DNA from: an uncultured Verrucomicrobiae bacterium
GTDB taxonomy: Bacteria; Verrucomicrobiota; Verrucomicrobiia; Limisphaerales; Palsa-1400
Length of the DNA: 64,000 bases
Assembly (NCBI GenBank): GCA_963702845.1
Contig: OY969763.1
Location: forward strand, 2,144,001-2,208,000
Direction: 5' to 3'
The position numbers and the translations under genes are program-made. Of this stretch, positions 34,124-43,860 are shown piece by piece (within the stretch, counting starts at the first letter, position 1; the number at the start of each line of letters is the position of its first letter). The notes beneath the pieces are model-generated. The model worked only from the letters and a program-made list of their open reading frames with translations, ran no database searches and was not told where the DNA came from.

Positions 34124-34591
34124 CTACTCCACTTCGCCACTGAATCCTTGCTGCCGCAGCGCTTCGTATAAAACAAGTGCGACGCAATTCGACAGATTCA
34201 GCGAACGGACTTTGTCGTGAAACATGGGAATCCGGACCCAGGCATCTTTATATTGGTCGAGAAGTTGTTTCGACAGGCCTGCGGTTTCACGACCGAAAAC
34301 TAAATAATCGTTCGGTGCGAATTTGATTTGGTCGTAGCGCTGTGTGCCTTTGGATTCAATGATCCAAAGACGGGCATCGGTTGGAAGATTTTTTGCGAAT
34401 TCGCCCCAATTCGGCCAGCGATGCCAATTGAGGTGTTGCCAGTAATCCAGACCGGCGCGTTTGAGTTGGGAGTCATCGAGTTTGAAACCGAATGGTTCGA
34501 CTAAATGCAGCGTTGTGCGAGTGGCGGCGCAGAGACGCGCGACGTTGCCGGTGTTGGGTGGGATTTCGGGTTCGACCAAAACAACGTTCAT
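34124..34591 (-). CDS. trmL: tRNA (cytidine(34)-2'-O)-methyltransferase
   Basis: PEIPPNTGN, KRAGLDYW, FGRET.GL, RSLNLSN. Confidence 0.93.
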   Translation of the reverse strand: MNVVLVEPEIPPNTGNVARLCAATRTTLHLVEPFGFKLDDSQLKRAGLDYWQHLNWHRWPNWGEFAKNLPTDARLWIIESKGTQRYDQIKFAPNDYLVFGRETAGLSKQLLDQYKDAWVRIPMFHDKVRSLNLSNCVALVLYEALRQQGFSGEVE

Positions 34592-35373
34592 TCGTCATCG
34601 CTCCCGGGTTTTGGTTTGCGACCCTTTTTGTCGTAAAAGACTTTCCACAAAACCAAGCCGTGAGCAGGGGCCGTCATACCGGCGGCGTTTCGATCTTTGG
34701 CGGCGAGAATTTGTTTCACGTCTTTCAATGCAATCTTCCCCTGCCCTACGTAAACCAACGTCCCGGCAATGCCTCGGCACATTTTATAAAGGAACCCGTC
34801 GCCTTCGATGATGACGGTCAGCAAGTGGCCGTTTTTCTTTATGTCGCACCGGTGAAGCGTACGCACGGTGGAATCTGGTTCGTAATTCCGTCGAGCGGCG
34901 AACGATTGGAAGTCGTGTTTGCCCAGGAACAACTTTGCCGCAGCGCGCATTGCTTTGATATTCAAAGCGGGGCCGACGTGCCAGGCCCGGTCGCGCAACA
35001 ACGGGTTCATGGCAAAATGATTCCAGACAAAATAACGATATTGTTTACCGCTCGCATCGAAACGCGCATGGAATTTTTCGGGACAACGCGACACAGCCAT
35101 GATGCGAATGTCGTCCGGAAGGAACGCATTGATGGCCAGTCCCATCCTCGCTATCGGCATTTTGAATTCTTCTTTAGGAATTTCAACGTGAACAATCATC
35201 CCGAGTGCGTGAACACCAGTGTCGGTGCGGCTGGAACTGTGAACGCGTTTGACACCGGGAAAAAATCTCTGCAACGCCTCTTCGACCCGTTGCTGGACGC
35301 CTAAACCGATCTTTTGCCACTGCCAGCCCGCATAATTCGTTCCGTCGTAGGCGATGGTCAGTTTGAATTTCAC
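34588..35373 (-). CDS. truA: tRNA pseudouridine(38-40) synthase
   Basis: AYDGTNYAGWQ, RTDTGVHA, FHARF, GFLYKM. Confidence 0.95.
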   Translation of the reverse strand: MKFKLTIAYDGTNYAGWQWQKIGLGVQQRVEEALQRFFPGVKRVHSSSRTDTGVHALGMIVHVEIPKEEFKMPIARMGLAINAFLPDDIRIMAVSRCPEKFHARFDASGKQYRYFVWNHFAMNPLLRDRAWHVGPALNIKAMRAAAKLFLGKHDFQSFAARRNYEPDSTVRTLHRCDIKKNGHLLTVIIEGDGFLYKMCRGIAGTLVYVGQGKIALKDVKQILAAKDRNAAGMTAPAHGLVLWKVFYDKKGRKPKPGSDDE

Positions 35374-35777
35374 AGGCTGTCCAAATAGCTCTGGAGCATG
35401 ATCGCCGCAGCGGTCTGATCGACTTTGATTTTGCGTTGGTCACGACGCATGCCGCCTTCAATCAACGCACGGTTTGCTGCGACTGTCGTCAATCTCTCGT
35501 CCCACGTGCGGATTGGGACACTCACAACACCTTTCACCTGCTCTACAAATTTGCGCGCCTTCTCGGCGGCTGGACCGTAACTGCCGTCCATGTTGCGCGG
35601 AATGCCGACTAAAATTGAATCCACGTTTTTTTCTGCTACGACTTTTTTTAAATCTTCGAGAAATTCTGCGATGGGTTCAGCAGGTAGAAAAGTGAGTGGT
35701 TGAGCAATCATTCCCAATTCGTCGCTGATCGCCAGTCCGACGCGTTTGGTACCGTGATCTAGGGCGAGCACGCGCAT
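35370..35777 (-). CDS. ruvX: YqgF/RuvX pre-16S rRNA nuclease
   Basis: LALDHGTKRVGLAISD, WDERLTT, VDQTAAAIMLQSYLD. Confidence 0.93.
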   Translation of the reverse strand: MRVLALDHGTKRVGLAISDELGMIAQPLTFLPAEPIAEFLEDLKKVVAEKNVDSILVGIPRNMDGSYGPAAEKARKFVEQVKGVVSVPIRTWDERLTTVAANRALIEGGMRRDQRKIKVDQTAAAIMLQSYLDSL

Positions 35778-35778
35778 A

Positions 35779-37065
35779 CTATAAAGTCTTCAAGACTTTG
35801 GCCGCGCTGCGAACGGTGTGTTCGATGTCTTTTTCGGAATGCGCCGTGGAAATGAAGCCGGCTTCAAATTGAGACGGTGCGAAGTAAACGCCTTCGTTCA
35901 ACATGCCGTGGAAATACTTTGCGAAACGTGCGCGATCGCTTTTCATCGCGTCGGCCAAATTGTGGACTGGTTCGCTGGTGAAATAGCCGCAGAACATTGA
36001 ACCCACGCGGTTGAATTGGACAGGGACTTTGGCGGAAAGAGCCGCGTCTCTCATGCCGGCTTCCAACGTCGCGCCGAGGCTTTCGAGAGTCTTGTAAGCG
36101 TCGCTGGCGGCGAGTTCTTCGAGCGCGGCGATTCCCGCAGCCATTGCCAGAGGATTTCCGCTGAGTGTGCCCGCCTGGTAAACGGGACCGACTGGCGCGA
36201 GGCAGTCCATGATTTCTGCACGGCCGCCAAATGCACCGACAGGCAAACCTCCGCCGATAATTTTGCCGAAGCACGAGAGGTCAGGTGTGATGCCGAAACG
36301 TTCTTGTGCGCCGCCGCGAGCGAGACGGAAGCCAGTCATGACTTCGTCGAAAATTAACAACGCGCCATTCTCTTGAGTGCTTTTGCGCAGAAATTCGAGG
36401 TAGCCGTGTTTTGGAATGTATAAACCAGCGTTTCCGGGAACAGGTTCGACGATGATGCCGGCGATTTGATTTGGATTTGCGGCGAAGGCGGCGCGGACGG
36501 CGTCTTCGTCGTTGTAGGGAAGAACGATCGTGTGCTGCGTGAACGCGGCGGGAACGCCAGCGCTGTCAGGATTGCCGAACGTCAGCGCGCCGGAACCGGC
36601 TTTGACTAACAGCGAGTCGGCGTGGCCGTGATAGCAGCCGTCGAACTTAATTATTTTGTCGCGTTTCGTGAAGCCGCGGGCGAGGCGAATGGCGGACATG
36701 CAGGCCTCGGTGCCGGAATTGCACATGCGCACTTTTTTGACGCTCGGCACGGCATCGCACACGAGCTTGGCCATTGTGACTTCGAGCGGATTCGGGATGC
36801 CAAAGCTGGTCCCGCGCTCTGCGGTGTCTCTGACGGCTTTGATGATTTTCGGATGGGCGTGGCCGAGAATCGCTGGGCCCCAGGTGCCGACGTAATCAAT
36901 GTAGTCATTGCCGTCGACATCGAACACGTGGGCGCCGCTGACTCTATCGGCGAAAAACGGTGTGCCGCCGACGCCGCGAAAAGCGCGCACGGGCGAGTTG
37001 ACGCCGCCGGGAATGTATTTGAGAGCTTCGGCGAAGAGTTGTTCGGATTTCGCGTGGGACAACAT
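35779..37065 (-). CDS. hemL: Glutamate-1-semialdehyde 2,1-aminomutase
   Basis: [47 protein letters not shown]. Confidence 0.96.
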   Translation of the reverse strand: MLSHAKSEQLFAEALKYIPGGVNSPVRAFRGVGGTPFFADRVSGAHVFDVDGNDYIDYVGTWGPAILGHAHPKIIKAVRDTAERGTSFGIPNPLEVTMAKLVCDAVPSVKKVRMCNSGTEACMSAIRLARGFTKRDKIIKFDGCYHGHADSLLVKAGSGALTFGNPDSAGVPAAFTQHTIVLPYNDEDAVRAAFAANPNQIAGIIVEPVPGNAGLYIPKHGYLEFLRKSTQENGALLIFDEVMTGFRLARGGAQERFGITPDLSCFGKIIGGGLPVGAFGGRAEIMDCLAPVGPVYQAGTLSGNPLAMAAGIAALEELAASDAYKTLESLGATLEAGMRDAALSAKVPVQFNRVGSMFCGYFTSEPVHNLADAMKSDRARFAKYFHGMLNEGVYFAPSQFEAGFISTAHSEKDIEHTVRSAAKVLKTL

Positions 37066-37068
37066 ATA

Positions 37069-38625
37069 TCAATGGCGAAAGTGGCGGACGCTAGTGAATG
37101 CCATGGCGAGGCCGCGCTCGTCGGCTGCAGCGATCACTTCAGCATCGCGGACTGAGCCGCCGGGTTGAATGGCGGCCGTTGCGCCGGCTTCGGCGGCGGC
37201 AATGAGGCCGTCTGGAAATGGGAAAAAGGCATCGCTGCAGACCACACTGTTTTTCAACGACAAACCCGCTTCGCCGGTTTTCCATACCGCGATGCGACTT
37301 GAATCAACGCGGCTCATCTGGCCAGCACCGACACCAAGAGTGCGATCGGAACCGACGTAGACAATAGCGTTGGACTTGAGATGTTTCACAACGCGCCAGC
37401 CGAAAAGCATCGCGGCTTTTTCGGCGTCGGTTGGTTTGCGTTTGGTGACGAATTTCAGGTCGGATTCGCGAATGATTTTGGAGTCCGGTTGCTGAGCGAG
37501 AACTGACTCCGCGCCCACACTGCGCATTTGCAGATCGTTCGTGCAGGGCGATTTGAGAATTTTCAAAAGGCGAAGGTTCTTTTTCTTTTGCAGAATTTCG
37601 AGAGCGTCAGGTGCGAAATCTGGCGCGATGATGACTTCGCTGAAAATCTCGGCGATGGCTTCAGCACAAGTTGCATCAAGCGTGCGGTTGACCGCGATGA
37701 TTCCGCCGAACGGCGCTTGTTTATCGGTGGCGAACGCTTTGTCCCAGGCTTCGCGCAAGTTGCTCCCCTGCCCTACGCCGCACGGATTGGTGTGTTTCAG
37801 GATGGCGAGCGTGGGAGGTTCGCCTTCGAATTCTGAAATCAACATCGCGGCGGAGGTGAGATCGAGAATGTTGTTATAGGAAAGTTCTTTGCCGTGGAGT
37901 TGTTTGAAGTATTCGCTGAACTTGCCGTAAAGAGCCGCGTTCTGGTGCGGATTTTCGCCGTAACGCAAGGACTGAGCGCGAGGCAAATCCAGACGCAGGT
38001 TTGTCGGCAGAGTTTCGGTGGACGTTTCTTTCGTGCCAAAAGCTTTCGCGAGATAATTGGCAATCGCACCGTCGTATTTGGATGTCGTCGCGAATACTTT
38101 CGCGGCAAGCCTGCGGCGAAGTTCCAGTGTCGTATTACCTTTCGCCGTGATTTGATCGGCAACTTCGGCGTAATCCATCGGATCTACGATGACCGTCACG
38201 CTGTCGTGATTTTTGGAAGCGCTACGCAACATCGCGGGACCGCCGATGTCGATATTCTCGATCGCCTCTTCCAGCGTGACGTTTGGTTTAGCGATCGTTT
38301 GCTCGAACGGATAAAGATTCACGACAATCAAATCGATTGGTTTGATCTCGTGCTTTTTGACGGCCGCTTCGTGCGTGGCGTTCCCGCGAATATATAGAAG
38401 GCCGCCGTGAACTTTCGGGTGCAGCGTTTTGACCCGCCCGTCGAGCATCTCGGGAAAGCCGGTGTAAGCGCTCAGATCGCTGACGAGCATGCCTTGCTCT
38501 CGCAGAGTCTTGGCTGTGCCACCGGTGGAAATAATCTCTACGCCGGCCGCGGCAAGAGCTTCGGCAAAGGGAATCAACCCAGTCTTATCAAAAACGGAAA
38601 TAATGGCGCGCTGAATCTTCGGCAT
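37069..38625 (-). CDS. purH: Bifunctional AICAR transformylase/IMP cyclohydrolase
   Basis: [41 protein letters not shown]. Confidence 0.97.
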   Translation of the reverse strand: MPKIQRAIISVFDKTGLIPFAEALAAAGVEIISTGGTAKTLREQGMLVSDLSAYTGFPEMLDGRVKTLHPKVHGGLLYIRGNATHEAAVKKHEIKPIDLIVVNLYPFEQTIAKPNVTLEEAIENIDIGGPAMLRSASKNHDSVTVIVDPMDYAEVADQITAKGNTTLELRRRLAAKVFATTSKYDGAIANYLAKAFGTKETSTETLPTNLRLDLPRAQSLRYGENPHQNAALYGKFSEYFKQLHGKELSYNNILDLTSAAMLISEFEGEPPTLAILKHTNPCGVGQGSNLREAWDKAFATDKQAPFGGIIAVNRTLDATCAEAIAEIFSEVIIAPDFAPDALEILQKKKNLRLLKILKSPCTNDLQMRSVGAESVLAQQPDSKIIRESDLKFVTKRKPTDAEKAAMLFGWRVVKHLKSNAIVYVGSDRTLGVGAGQMSRVDSSRIAVWKTGEAGLSLKNSVVCSDAFFPFPDGLIAAAEAGATAAIQPGGSVRDAEVIAAADERGLAMAFTSVRHFRH

Positions 38626-38725
38626 ATCGAGCGAGTAAATCTTACAGAAGAAGACGGGCAGTCAATGGTAAGTTGGGCATACGTCACGGCACGGGCGTAT
38701 CTCATTTTTTTGCAGGCGTCCAGAT

Positions 38726-38821
38726 GTAACCCTTTCAGGGTAGAGAATATTTCGCCAAGTTTCCCAGGGTAGCTCGCAGACTCGCAACCCTGGGCTGAGA
38801 GATGCAATCCCGTTGGGATTG
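38726..38821. repeat. Multi-hairpin extragenic palindromic element
   Basis: ACCCT-TTC-AGGGT; CCCAGGGT.GC...GC.ACCCTGGG; CAATCCC-GTT-GGGATTG. Confidence 0.6.
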
Positions 38822-38873
38822 AAAGGGTTTCCAAAAAGTGAGATGCGCCTTCGCGGCAGCGGCTTGCTTATGC

Positions 38874-39000
38874 GATGAGCAGGCAAACAAGTTTTAAGGA
38901 GAGGCGGCGCAAAGCGGTTGGGACGCTTTTGAGCCGGCCGCAACATTTTAAGGAAGATAAGGGTTTGGTGCATATCGTAAGTGATCCAATGGTTGAGTCA
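38874..39000 (+). repeat. 127-bp direct repeat copy A (remnant of the 5' end/upstream region of the 1241-aa gene)
   Basis: Aligns without gaps to 51085-51211; 50-bp core AAGTTTTAAGGAGAGGCGGCGCAAAGCGGTTGGGACGCTTTTGAGCCGGC identical. Confidence 0.9.
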
Positions 39001-39024
39001 TTCAACATGGGACTTCGGCTCGAA

Positions 39025-40443
39025 TCAGTAGCCGACGGTGATTTCCAGGGGTTGGTGTGTTATTTTTGTGGCGCGGTGCGCGAGCGCTAAGGCCCAGAAG
39101 CGGTCGGAGTGGCCGGACTCGCTGCGGTCGGCGGTGAAACGGGTGTTGCCGCTTTTCGTCGGCTCTTTTCTAATCGCGCGGAGATCCGCGCGGATTTCGG
39201 GGGAGCTTGGGATTTTTATGGTGCGGTCTTCGAAGGCCATTCGCACTGGATAGGCTAGTTCTTCTTTCATGGCCTGGGTGAAGGTGATGCCTTCGACTTT
39301 GTATTTGCCGAAGCGTTGTTGGGCGCGTTCGGTGAATTGGCGGCCGATTCCGGTCTGATCGATGCAGCAGCGTTTTACCTGCGGCATTTCCAAGAGTCCG
39401 TAGAGACACTTTTCTTGTTGTTCGAAGGGTTGGTTTTCCATGACTTCGATCCCGCGGGTGTAGTAGGTGCTGCCGGATTTTTCGAGGACCCAGATGACGG
39501 TGCGGTCTTTGTCGCGGCCGATGTCGACGCCGACGAAGAGTTCGGGGTCAGTCAGGTTGGCGGGTGTTTCCCATTCTACGCCGTGCGAGTATTCGGCGGC
39601 GGTGATTAGGTCGTAGCTGAGGAACGCGCTGGCTTCGTCGGTGGAGACGCACATGTATTCCTGGTTGAAGGTTTCTTCGTCGATGGATTCGCGTTTTTTG
39701 AAGTTGAAGAAGTCGGCTTCGTCCATTTGTTGGATGGGATCGTTGGGTGGGAGTTGGGATTGGATTTTGTAGAGGCCACCCTGCTCTAGAAAATTTTGGA
39801 AGGTGATTTTGTAGTAGCTGAAGCCGCGCGGGTTGCCGTTGTGTTCGATGTCCATCATGAGGCGGTGGAACAGCGTGCTGGTGCCGCGCGGGGTGGAGAA
39901 GATGGAGAGTGAGCCGCCCCACATGGTTCCGGGGACGGCAATGGAGTAGAGTTTTTCCTGGTCGGGATGGAGTGCGAATTCGTCGAGGACGCGGTTGCCA
40001 CTTTTGCCGGCTTGAGCGTCGGGATTTGAAGAGAGGGAGTGGATGCGGGAGCCGTTGGCGAATTCGATGCAGTTGGCGTTGCCGAGGCGGTCGCCGAGGA
40101 TGAGGTCGCCGTGGTTTTCGAGCTTCAACGAGAGGCGTTGGGCGAAGAAGCGCAGATTGCGCAGATAATTTTGGGCGAGGCTTTCGTCGCGGCTGCTGAC
40201 GAATGTTTCGATGGGTTGGGTGGAGTAGGCGCTGCGAATGACGTTTGCGTATCCGTCAGCGTAGGTCCAGCCGATCTGGCGTGATTTGACGCAGAATTTG
40301 AAGCGGCAGTCGTCGACGGCCCAGCGGGCCTGATCGGGCAGAAGAAAACCCGTGGGACGGATTTTGGCTTTGCCGACGAAGATGGCGTTGGGGTTTTGCG
40401 TTTTGTTGAGGGGGATGCGATCGGCGTTTTCGATTGTTGTCAT
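39025..40443 (-). CDS. Phage terminase large subunit, Mu gp28-like
   Basis: KSRQIGWT Walker A region, VLDEFA Walker B, STPRG motif III, nuclease domain VGVDIGR, IDQTGIG, GHSDRFWALALA. Confidence 0.88.
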   Translation of the reverse strand: MTTIENADRIPLNKTQNPNAIFVGKAKIRPTGFLLPDQARWAVDDCRFKFCVKSRQIGWTYADGYANVIRSAYSTQPIETFVSSRDESLAQNYLRNLRFFAQRLSLKLENHGDLILGDRLGNANCIEFANGSRIHSLSSNPDAQAGKSGNRVLDEFALHPDQEKLYSIAVPGTMWGGSLSIFSTPRGTSTLFHRLMMDIEHNGNPRGFSYYKITFQNFLEQGGLYKIQSQLPPNDPIQQMDEADFFNFKKRESIDEETFNQEYMCVSTDEASAFLSYDLITAAEYSHGVEWETPANLTDPELFVGVDIGRDKDRTVIWVLEKSGSTYYTRGIEVMENQPFEQQEKCLYGLLEMPQVKRCCIDQTGIGRQFTERAQQRFGKYKVEGITFTQAMKEELAYPVRMAFEDRTIKIPSSPEIRADLRAIRKEPTKSGNTRFTADRSESGHSDRFWALALAHRATKITHQPLEITVGY

Positions 40444-40500
40444 AAAAATAAAGGATTCCTTTTTTGGCGGTTAAAGTTGTTTAAAGAAGTTTAAAGAAGT

Positions 40501-41238
40501 TTAAATCGTAGGGGTGATGGTGGTTGTTTTCGCGGGTTCGAAGTTTAAATCGGCGGCGATTTCGGATTTCACACTTGAGATTTGAGATGGCACGGGATTT
40601 GGGGTGTTGAAGCGCGGTGGCAGACCAAGGTCGGCAGCGATGACGGCGTAACCGGCAGCGGAGGTGGTTGGCCGGAATTGACTGGGTTGTGCTTTTTGTT
40701 TTTTCGCGATTTCGCCCTGGAGCTTTTGCTGGCGATAAGCGTTTCGGGTATGGGCACTGACGGAGCGCGAGAGGCGGAAGAAGTGCATCGGATCGGACTG
40801 AAGTTGTTGTTGCAGGTTTTCGATGCTGAAGGCTTTCATGAGTTTGGCGAGCTGAGTGGCCATGAAGAGATCGTTGAGCTGATGAAAGGACGCGGAGTTG
40901 GTGGCGCCGAGTTCGCGCAACAAATGGATATTAGCTTCGGATTGGGTGCGGATGATTTCGAGTTCCTGGCGGGAGTCGAGCCAGATGCGGTAGCCGGAAC
41001 GAGCCCATTTGGAGATGTTTGGGCCGTTGATGCCGTGGTGGCCCATTTGTTCGAGCTGGGAAATTATTTTGGAATAGCCAATGTTGTCGGCAAGGGATTG
41101 GTTGATGAATTCGCGAGCTTCGGTTGGAAGTCGGGAGATTTTGCTGGCGGGATGAGGACGAGGGATGCGAGGGATTGGTGTTTGTTTAGCTGCCGGTAAG
41201 TTATTTGTGGCAGTCGGATTTTCGGTTTGTGTATTCAT
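40501..41238 (-). CDS. DUF3486/Mu gp27-like protein (putative small terminase)
   Basis: N-terminal SKISRLP..RE.IN..L....Y..I...L...G......ISKW...GY..WL helix-turn-helix-like pattern; directly upstream of terL. Confidence 0.55.
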   Translation of the reverse strand: MNTQTENPTATNNLPAAKQTPIPRIPRPHPASKISRLPTEAREFINQSLADNIGYSKIISQLEQMGHHGINGPNISKWARSGYRIWLDSRQELEIIRTQSEANIHLLRELGATNSASFHQLNDLFMATQLAKLMKAFSIENLQQQLQSDPMHFFRLSRSVSAHTRNAYRQQKLQGEIAKKQKAQPSQFRPTTSAAGYAVIAADLGLPPRFNTPNPVPSQISSVKSEIAADLNFEPAKTTTITPTI

Positions 41239-41271
41239 ATTAGTTAATTTATGAGGACAAGTGTAACAACG

Positions 41272-41298
41272 TCACTTGGACAAAGGCTGTCCAAGTGA
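41272..41298. promoter_or_regulatory. Perfect 11-bp inverted repeat, operator-like
   Basis: TCACTTGGACA-AAGGC-TGTCCAAGTGA, 34 bp upstream of the ATG at 41238. Confidence 0.5.
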
Positions 41299-41396
41299 AA
41301 AAATTGTTTGAAAATTCTTTTCTGCGGAAAGGAGTTGAAGATTAGGCGGTTACGGCAAAAGCAAGGGTCAAGCGCGATTTGATTTCTGGCAGATGG

Positions 41397-41472
41397 TCTC
41401 GCTAAGTCCGCTAAGGCCGCGAAGAAGGTTTTCGGATTCTTTCCTTCGCGAATCTTTGCGGACTTCGCGAGA
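41397..41472. repeat. Extragenic inverted repeat built from ~9-bp subunits
   Basis: TCTCGCTAAGTCCGCTAAGGCCGCGAAG ... CTTCGCGAATCTTTGCGGACTTCGCGAGA. Confidence 0.6.
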
Positions 41473-41498
41473 TATCTCTCCAACGTCCAGCGCGATTT

Positions 41499-41605
41499 GT
41501 TGCGCTTGATTCGCAGCGGCAGCAGAACAATAGTCTGCTCAACCAATATGAACCAACCGTTCGTATATCAAAATTACCGCGACACCCCGTCGCATAATCA
41601 TAGTT
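41499..41605 (+). repeat. 107-bp attI-like module, copy 1
   Basis: GTTGCGCTTGATTCGCAGCGGCAGCAGAACAATAG...CGCATAATCATAGTT; identity to the other copies stops just after GTT(AG). Confidence 0.9.
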
Positions 41606-41616
41606 AGCTGAAAACT

Positions 41617-41925
41617 ATGCGACGAGACTTGCTCCTAACGGCGATAATGGGTTTCGCCCTATGCATTTTCAGCTTCGCTGTATCACTGGCCAGGCCTACA
41701 GACTTCGGCCCGCTAAGTCTTGGAATCGCAAAGGCCGAGGAATCTTATGGACTGTCCCGCGAGGGTAGAGACATGCTTGATTCACATGCTGAGAACCTAT
41801 ATCGCGAGTACAGTTCTGAGGTGAGCACGTATTCTACCGCTTGGTACATCGCTCTAGGCGGACTGTTCATCATGTCCTCCAGCTGTCTTATGTTGTATGT
41901 GTACCATCGAAAAAAGAGCAGCTAA
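41617..41925 (+). CDS. Gene cassette ORF, small 2-TM hypothetical protein
   Basis: Bounded by GTTAGCTG (41603) and its exact reverse complement CAGCTAAC (41919-41926) overlapping the stop. Confidence 0.75.
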   Translation: MRRDLLLTAIMGFALCIFSFAVSLARPTDFGPLSLGIAKAEESYGLSREGRDMLDSHAENLYREYSSEVSTYSTAWYIALGGLFIMSSSCLMLYVYHRKKSS

Positions 41926-41942
41926 CCAGAGCGCTTCAGCGC

Positions 41943-43598
41943 CTATGAGGTTTGTCAATACGTAGTGTGCGTCGATGATAGTTTTTTTGGGGTTGATCGC
42001 GCGGAGCGCAGTGGAACGAAGCGCAGTCGCGCGCGGCAGGCGGTTGGACATTGGTTCAATCCGCACCTGTTGTTCTTCTCGAGTCTCCGCTTATCTGTTC
42101 CTCTTCAAAGTTCCTTTCTTATTTCTCTCAAAGCAGGTTGCGTGAAGTTTGCTGCATCGGTGTCGCCGCGTTTTGTGTGTCGGGAGTTTGTCCCGCACCA
42201 GCTCCTATCCGGACAGTTGAGATAAGACTCAACGCCCACTGTGTCTTACTTGCCTGACTGCGGCGACCGGGGAGTCCGCCCCTTCTAACGGACGGATGAA
42301 CGCAAGGTTCACCAGCTGAAGCTACGGACTGGACTCGCCCGATCGCAAATTGTTTCACGCTCTTAACTCTGGAGGTTCTACTCACGAAAAAATTAAATGT
42401 GGTTCACACGCCGACCCAGCCGAGGTCTGCCATGGTGCAACGGCCGGTTCGCCAGCGCCAGAGGTCCACGGCCAGTTGCCGGGCAAGGGCAATGACAGTT
42501 TTCTTCTTCATGGCCGTGCCGGCGGCAAGTTTGGTTTTCATTTTAAGTGCGGCCTTCCACCCCGGTTGCCACATCAGAAAACGCCAGACCGCTTCCACCA
42601 GGATCGCTCTGACTCGTCCGTTGCCCATGCGATCGATGCTGCCGACGCGCCGTTTGCCTCCTGAACTGTGTTCGCCCGGGCAACATCCGGTGTAGCTGCC
42701 AATCTGTTTGCGATTGTGGAAGCGCTGCCAGTCGCACACTTCGCCTTCCAGTGTCACAAGAGTGATCTCGCCAAGGCCCTTGGGCCGTGGTTGTTCTTTG
42801 ACCCGCGCAATCAGTTCCTCTTCCAGTTCCTGCCGTTGTGTCTCCATGGCGACGAGGACCTCGCGGAGCTTTTCGAGAACACTGAGCAGCCACGGATCGA
42901 GGGTGGAAAGTTTTTTCCAGTTGCGCGCTCCCCACCAGCGATGGGGCAGTTTGACGTGGCTGTATTCGGCGGCTTGGCCGTGACCGCGATTGGCGAGCAT
43001 GCGAATGGCTTTGTTGAGGAACTGTCTTCGTCGCGTGCCTTCGCGCTGGCGCTGCTCTTTGTCCGAAGGAATGCGGATGGGTGCAAGTTCGTTGATGTTG
43101 CCATCAACCCAGCGAGAGAGGCGCAGGCAAAGAGCGCGCGCGTCCAGCTTGTCGGTCTTGCGCTGGCCGTTGAGGGCAATCGGCGTGATCAAAAAACTTT
43201 GCGCACCGGCGGCGACCAGTTCGCGATGGAGCACGAAGCCGAACCCACAGCTTTCCTGCACGCAGAAAACTTGCAGGCCTTCGCTGGTCCACTTCTGAAC
43301 CTGGGCGATGAGTTGCTCACGGCTGAATTTGCGTGGCGCTTGGGGTGAAGCGTGATCACGTTGGGCTACCGCCATGATGAACTCCAGATGCACGTCCAGG
43401 CCAAGCTTGAGAGCCGGTTTGCCGGCAAGCAGCACAGGACGTGGCAAAGGCTGGCGCGGCGGCACGTTTGCCAGCTTGCCCGCGGCAGGCACGCTGGTTA
43501 GGGTTGGGACTGTCATGTGGGGTTTGAGTAAATATGTTTTCATTTTCAAAAACATCGTGACCCCGTGTGGGGCTGCGACTCAACCCTTCATGACATCT
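41943..43598 (-). mobile_element. IS110-family insertion sequence
   Basis: Transposase inside; proposed CT core at both junctions (GCGC-CT-ATGAGG; GACAT-CT-GACGG); outward-reading TTGACA near the downstream end; ~460-bp non-coding downstream end; boundaries inferred. Confidence 0.75.
42404..43555 (-). CDS. IS110-family transposase/recombinase
   Basis: DEDD RuvC-like motifs GLDVH, QESCGFG, KTDKLDA; C-terminal YTGCCPGEHSSG. Confidence 0.92.
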   Translation of the reverse strand: MFLKMKTYLLKPHMTVPTLTSVPAAGKLANVPPRQPLPRPVLLAGKPALKLGLDVHLEFIMAVAQRDHASPQAPRKFSREQLIAQVQKWTSEGLQVFCVQESCGFGFVLHRELVAAGAQSFLITPIALNGQRKTDKLDARALCLRLSRWVDGNINELAPIRIPSDKEQRQREGTRRRQFLNKAIRMLANRGHGQAAEYSHVKLPHRWWGARNWKKLSTLDPWLLSVLEKLREVLVAMETQRQELEEELIARVKEQPRPKGLGEITLVTLEGEVCDWQRFHNRKQIGSYTGCCPGEHSSGGKRRVGSIDRMGNGRVRAILVEAVWRFLMWQPGWKAALKMKTKLAAGTAMKKKTVIALARQLAVDLWRWRTGRCTMADLGWVGV

Positions 43599-43609
43599 GA
43601 CGGCCGCCG

Positions 43610-43768
43610 CTAAGAACCCCATTTCCAATCGCGGATCTCCGGCATGTCGTCGCCGTGCTCGCGGATGTAATGTTTGTGTTCCATGAGTTTGTTTTGGATG
43701 GCCTGTTTGGCGTAGGCGGCCCGCGCGCCCAGTTGCGGCAGGCGGTCGATCACGTCGGCGAAGAGATG
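43610..43768 (-). pseudogene. Displaced 3' fragment of phosphoketolase (copy 1)
   Basis: About 135 bp identical to xfp 54686-54819; last codons differ (EIRDWKWGS* vs EMRDWKWSA*). Confidence 0.92.
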
Positions 43769-43774
43769 CGTTCT

Positions 43775-43860
43775 GTTGCGCTTGATTCGCAGCGGCAGCA
43801 GAACAATAGTCTGCTCAACCAATATGAACCAACCGTTCGTATATCAAAATGACCGCGACA
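43775..43860 (+). repeat. attI-like module, copy 2 (truncated before the GTT core)
   Basis: First 86 bp match the consensus, then the sequence switches to unrelated coding DNA. Confidence 0.9.

Noticed and set aside
41244..41546. Minus-strand ORFs starting MVEQTIVLLPLRIKRN (also at 43822 and 54125) as an intI 5' remnant
   Set aside because: They are the module read backwards from a TTG, diverge right at its edge and show no tyrosine-recombinase features.
41499..41605. Module as an attC site
   Set aside because: It lacks the end-to-end palindrome seen in the real attC sites at 46016 and 54555, and it precedes rather than follows ORFs.
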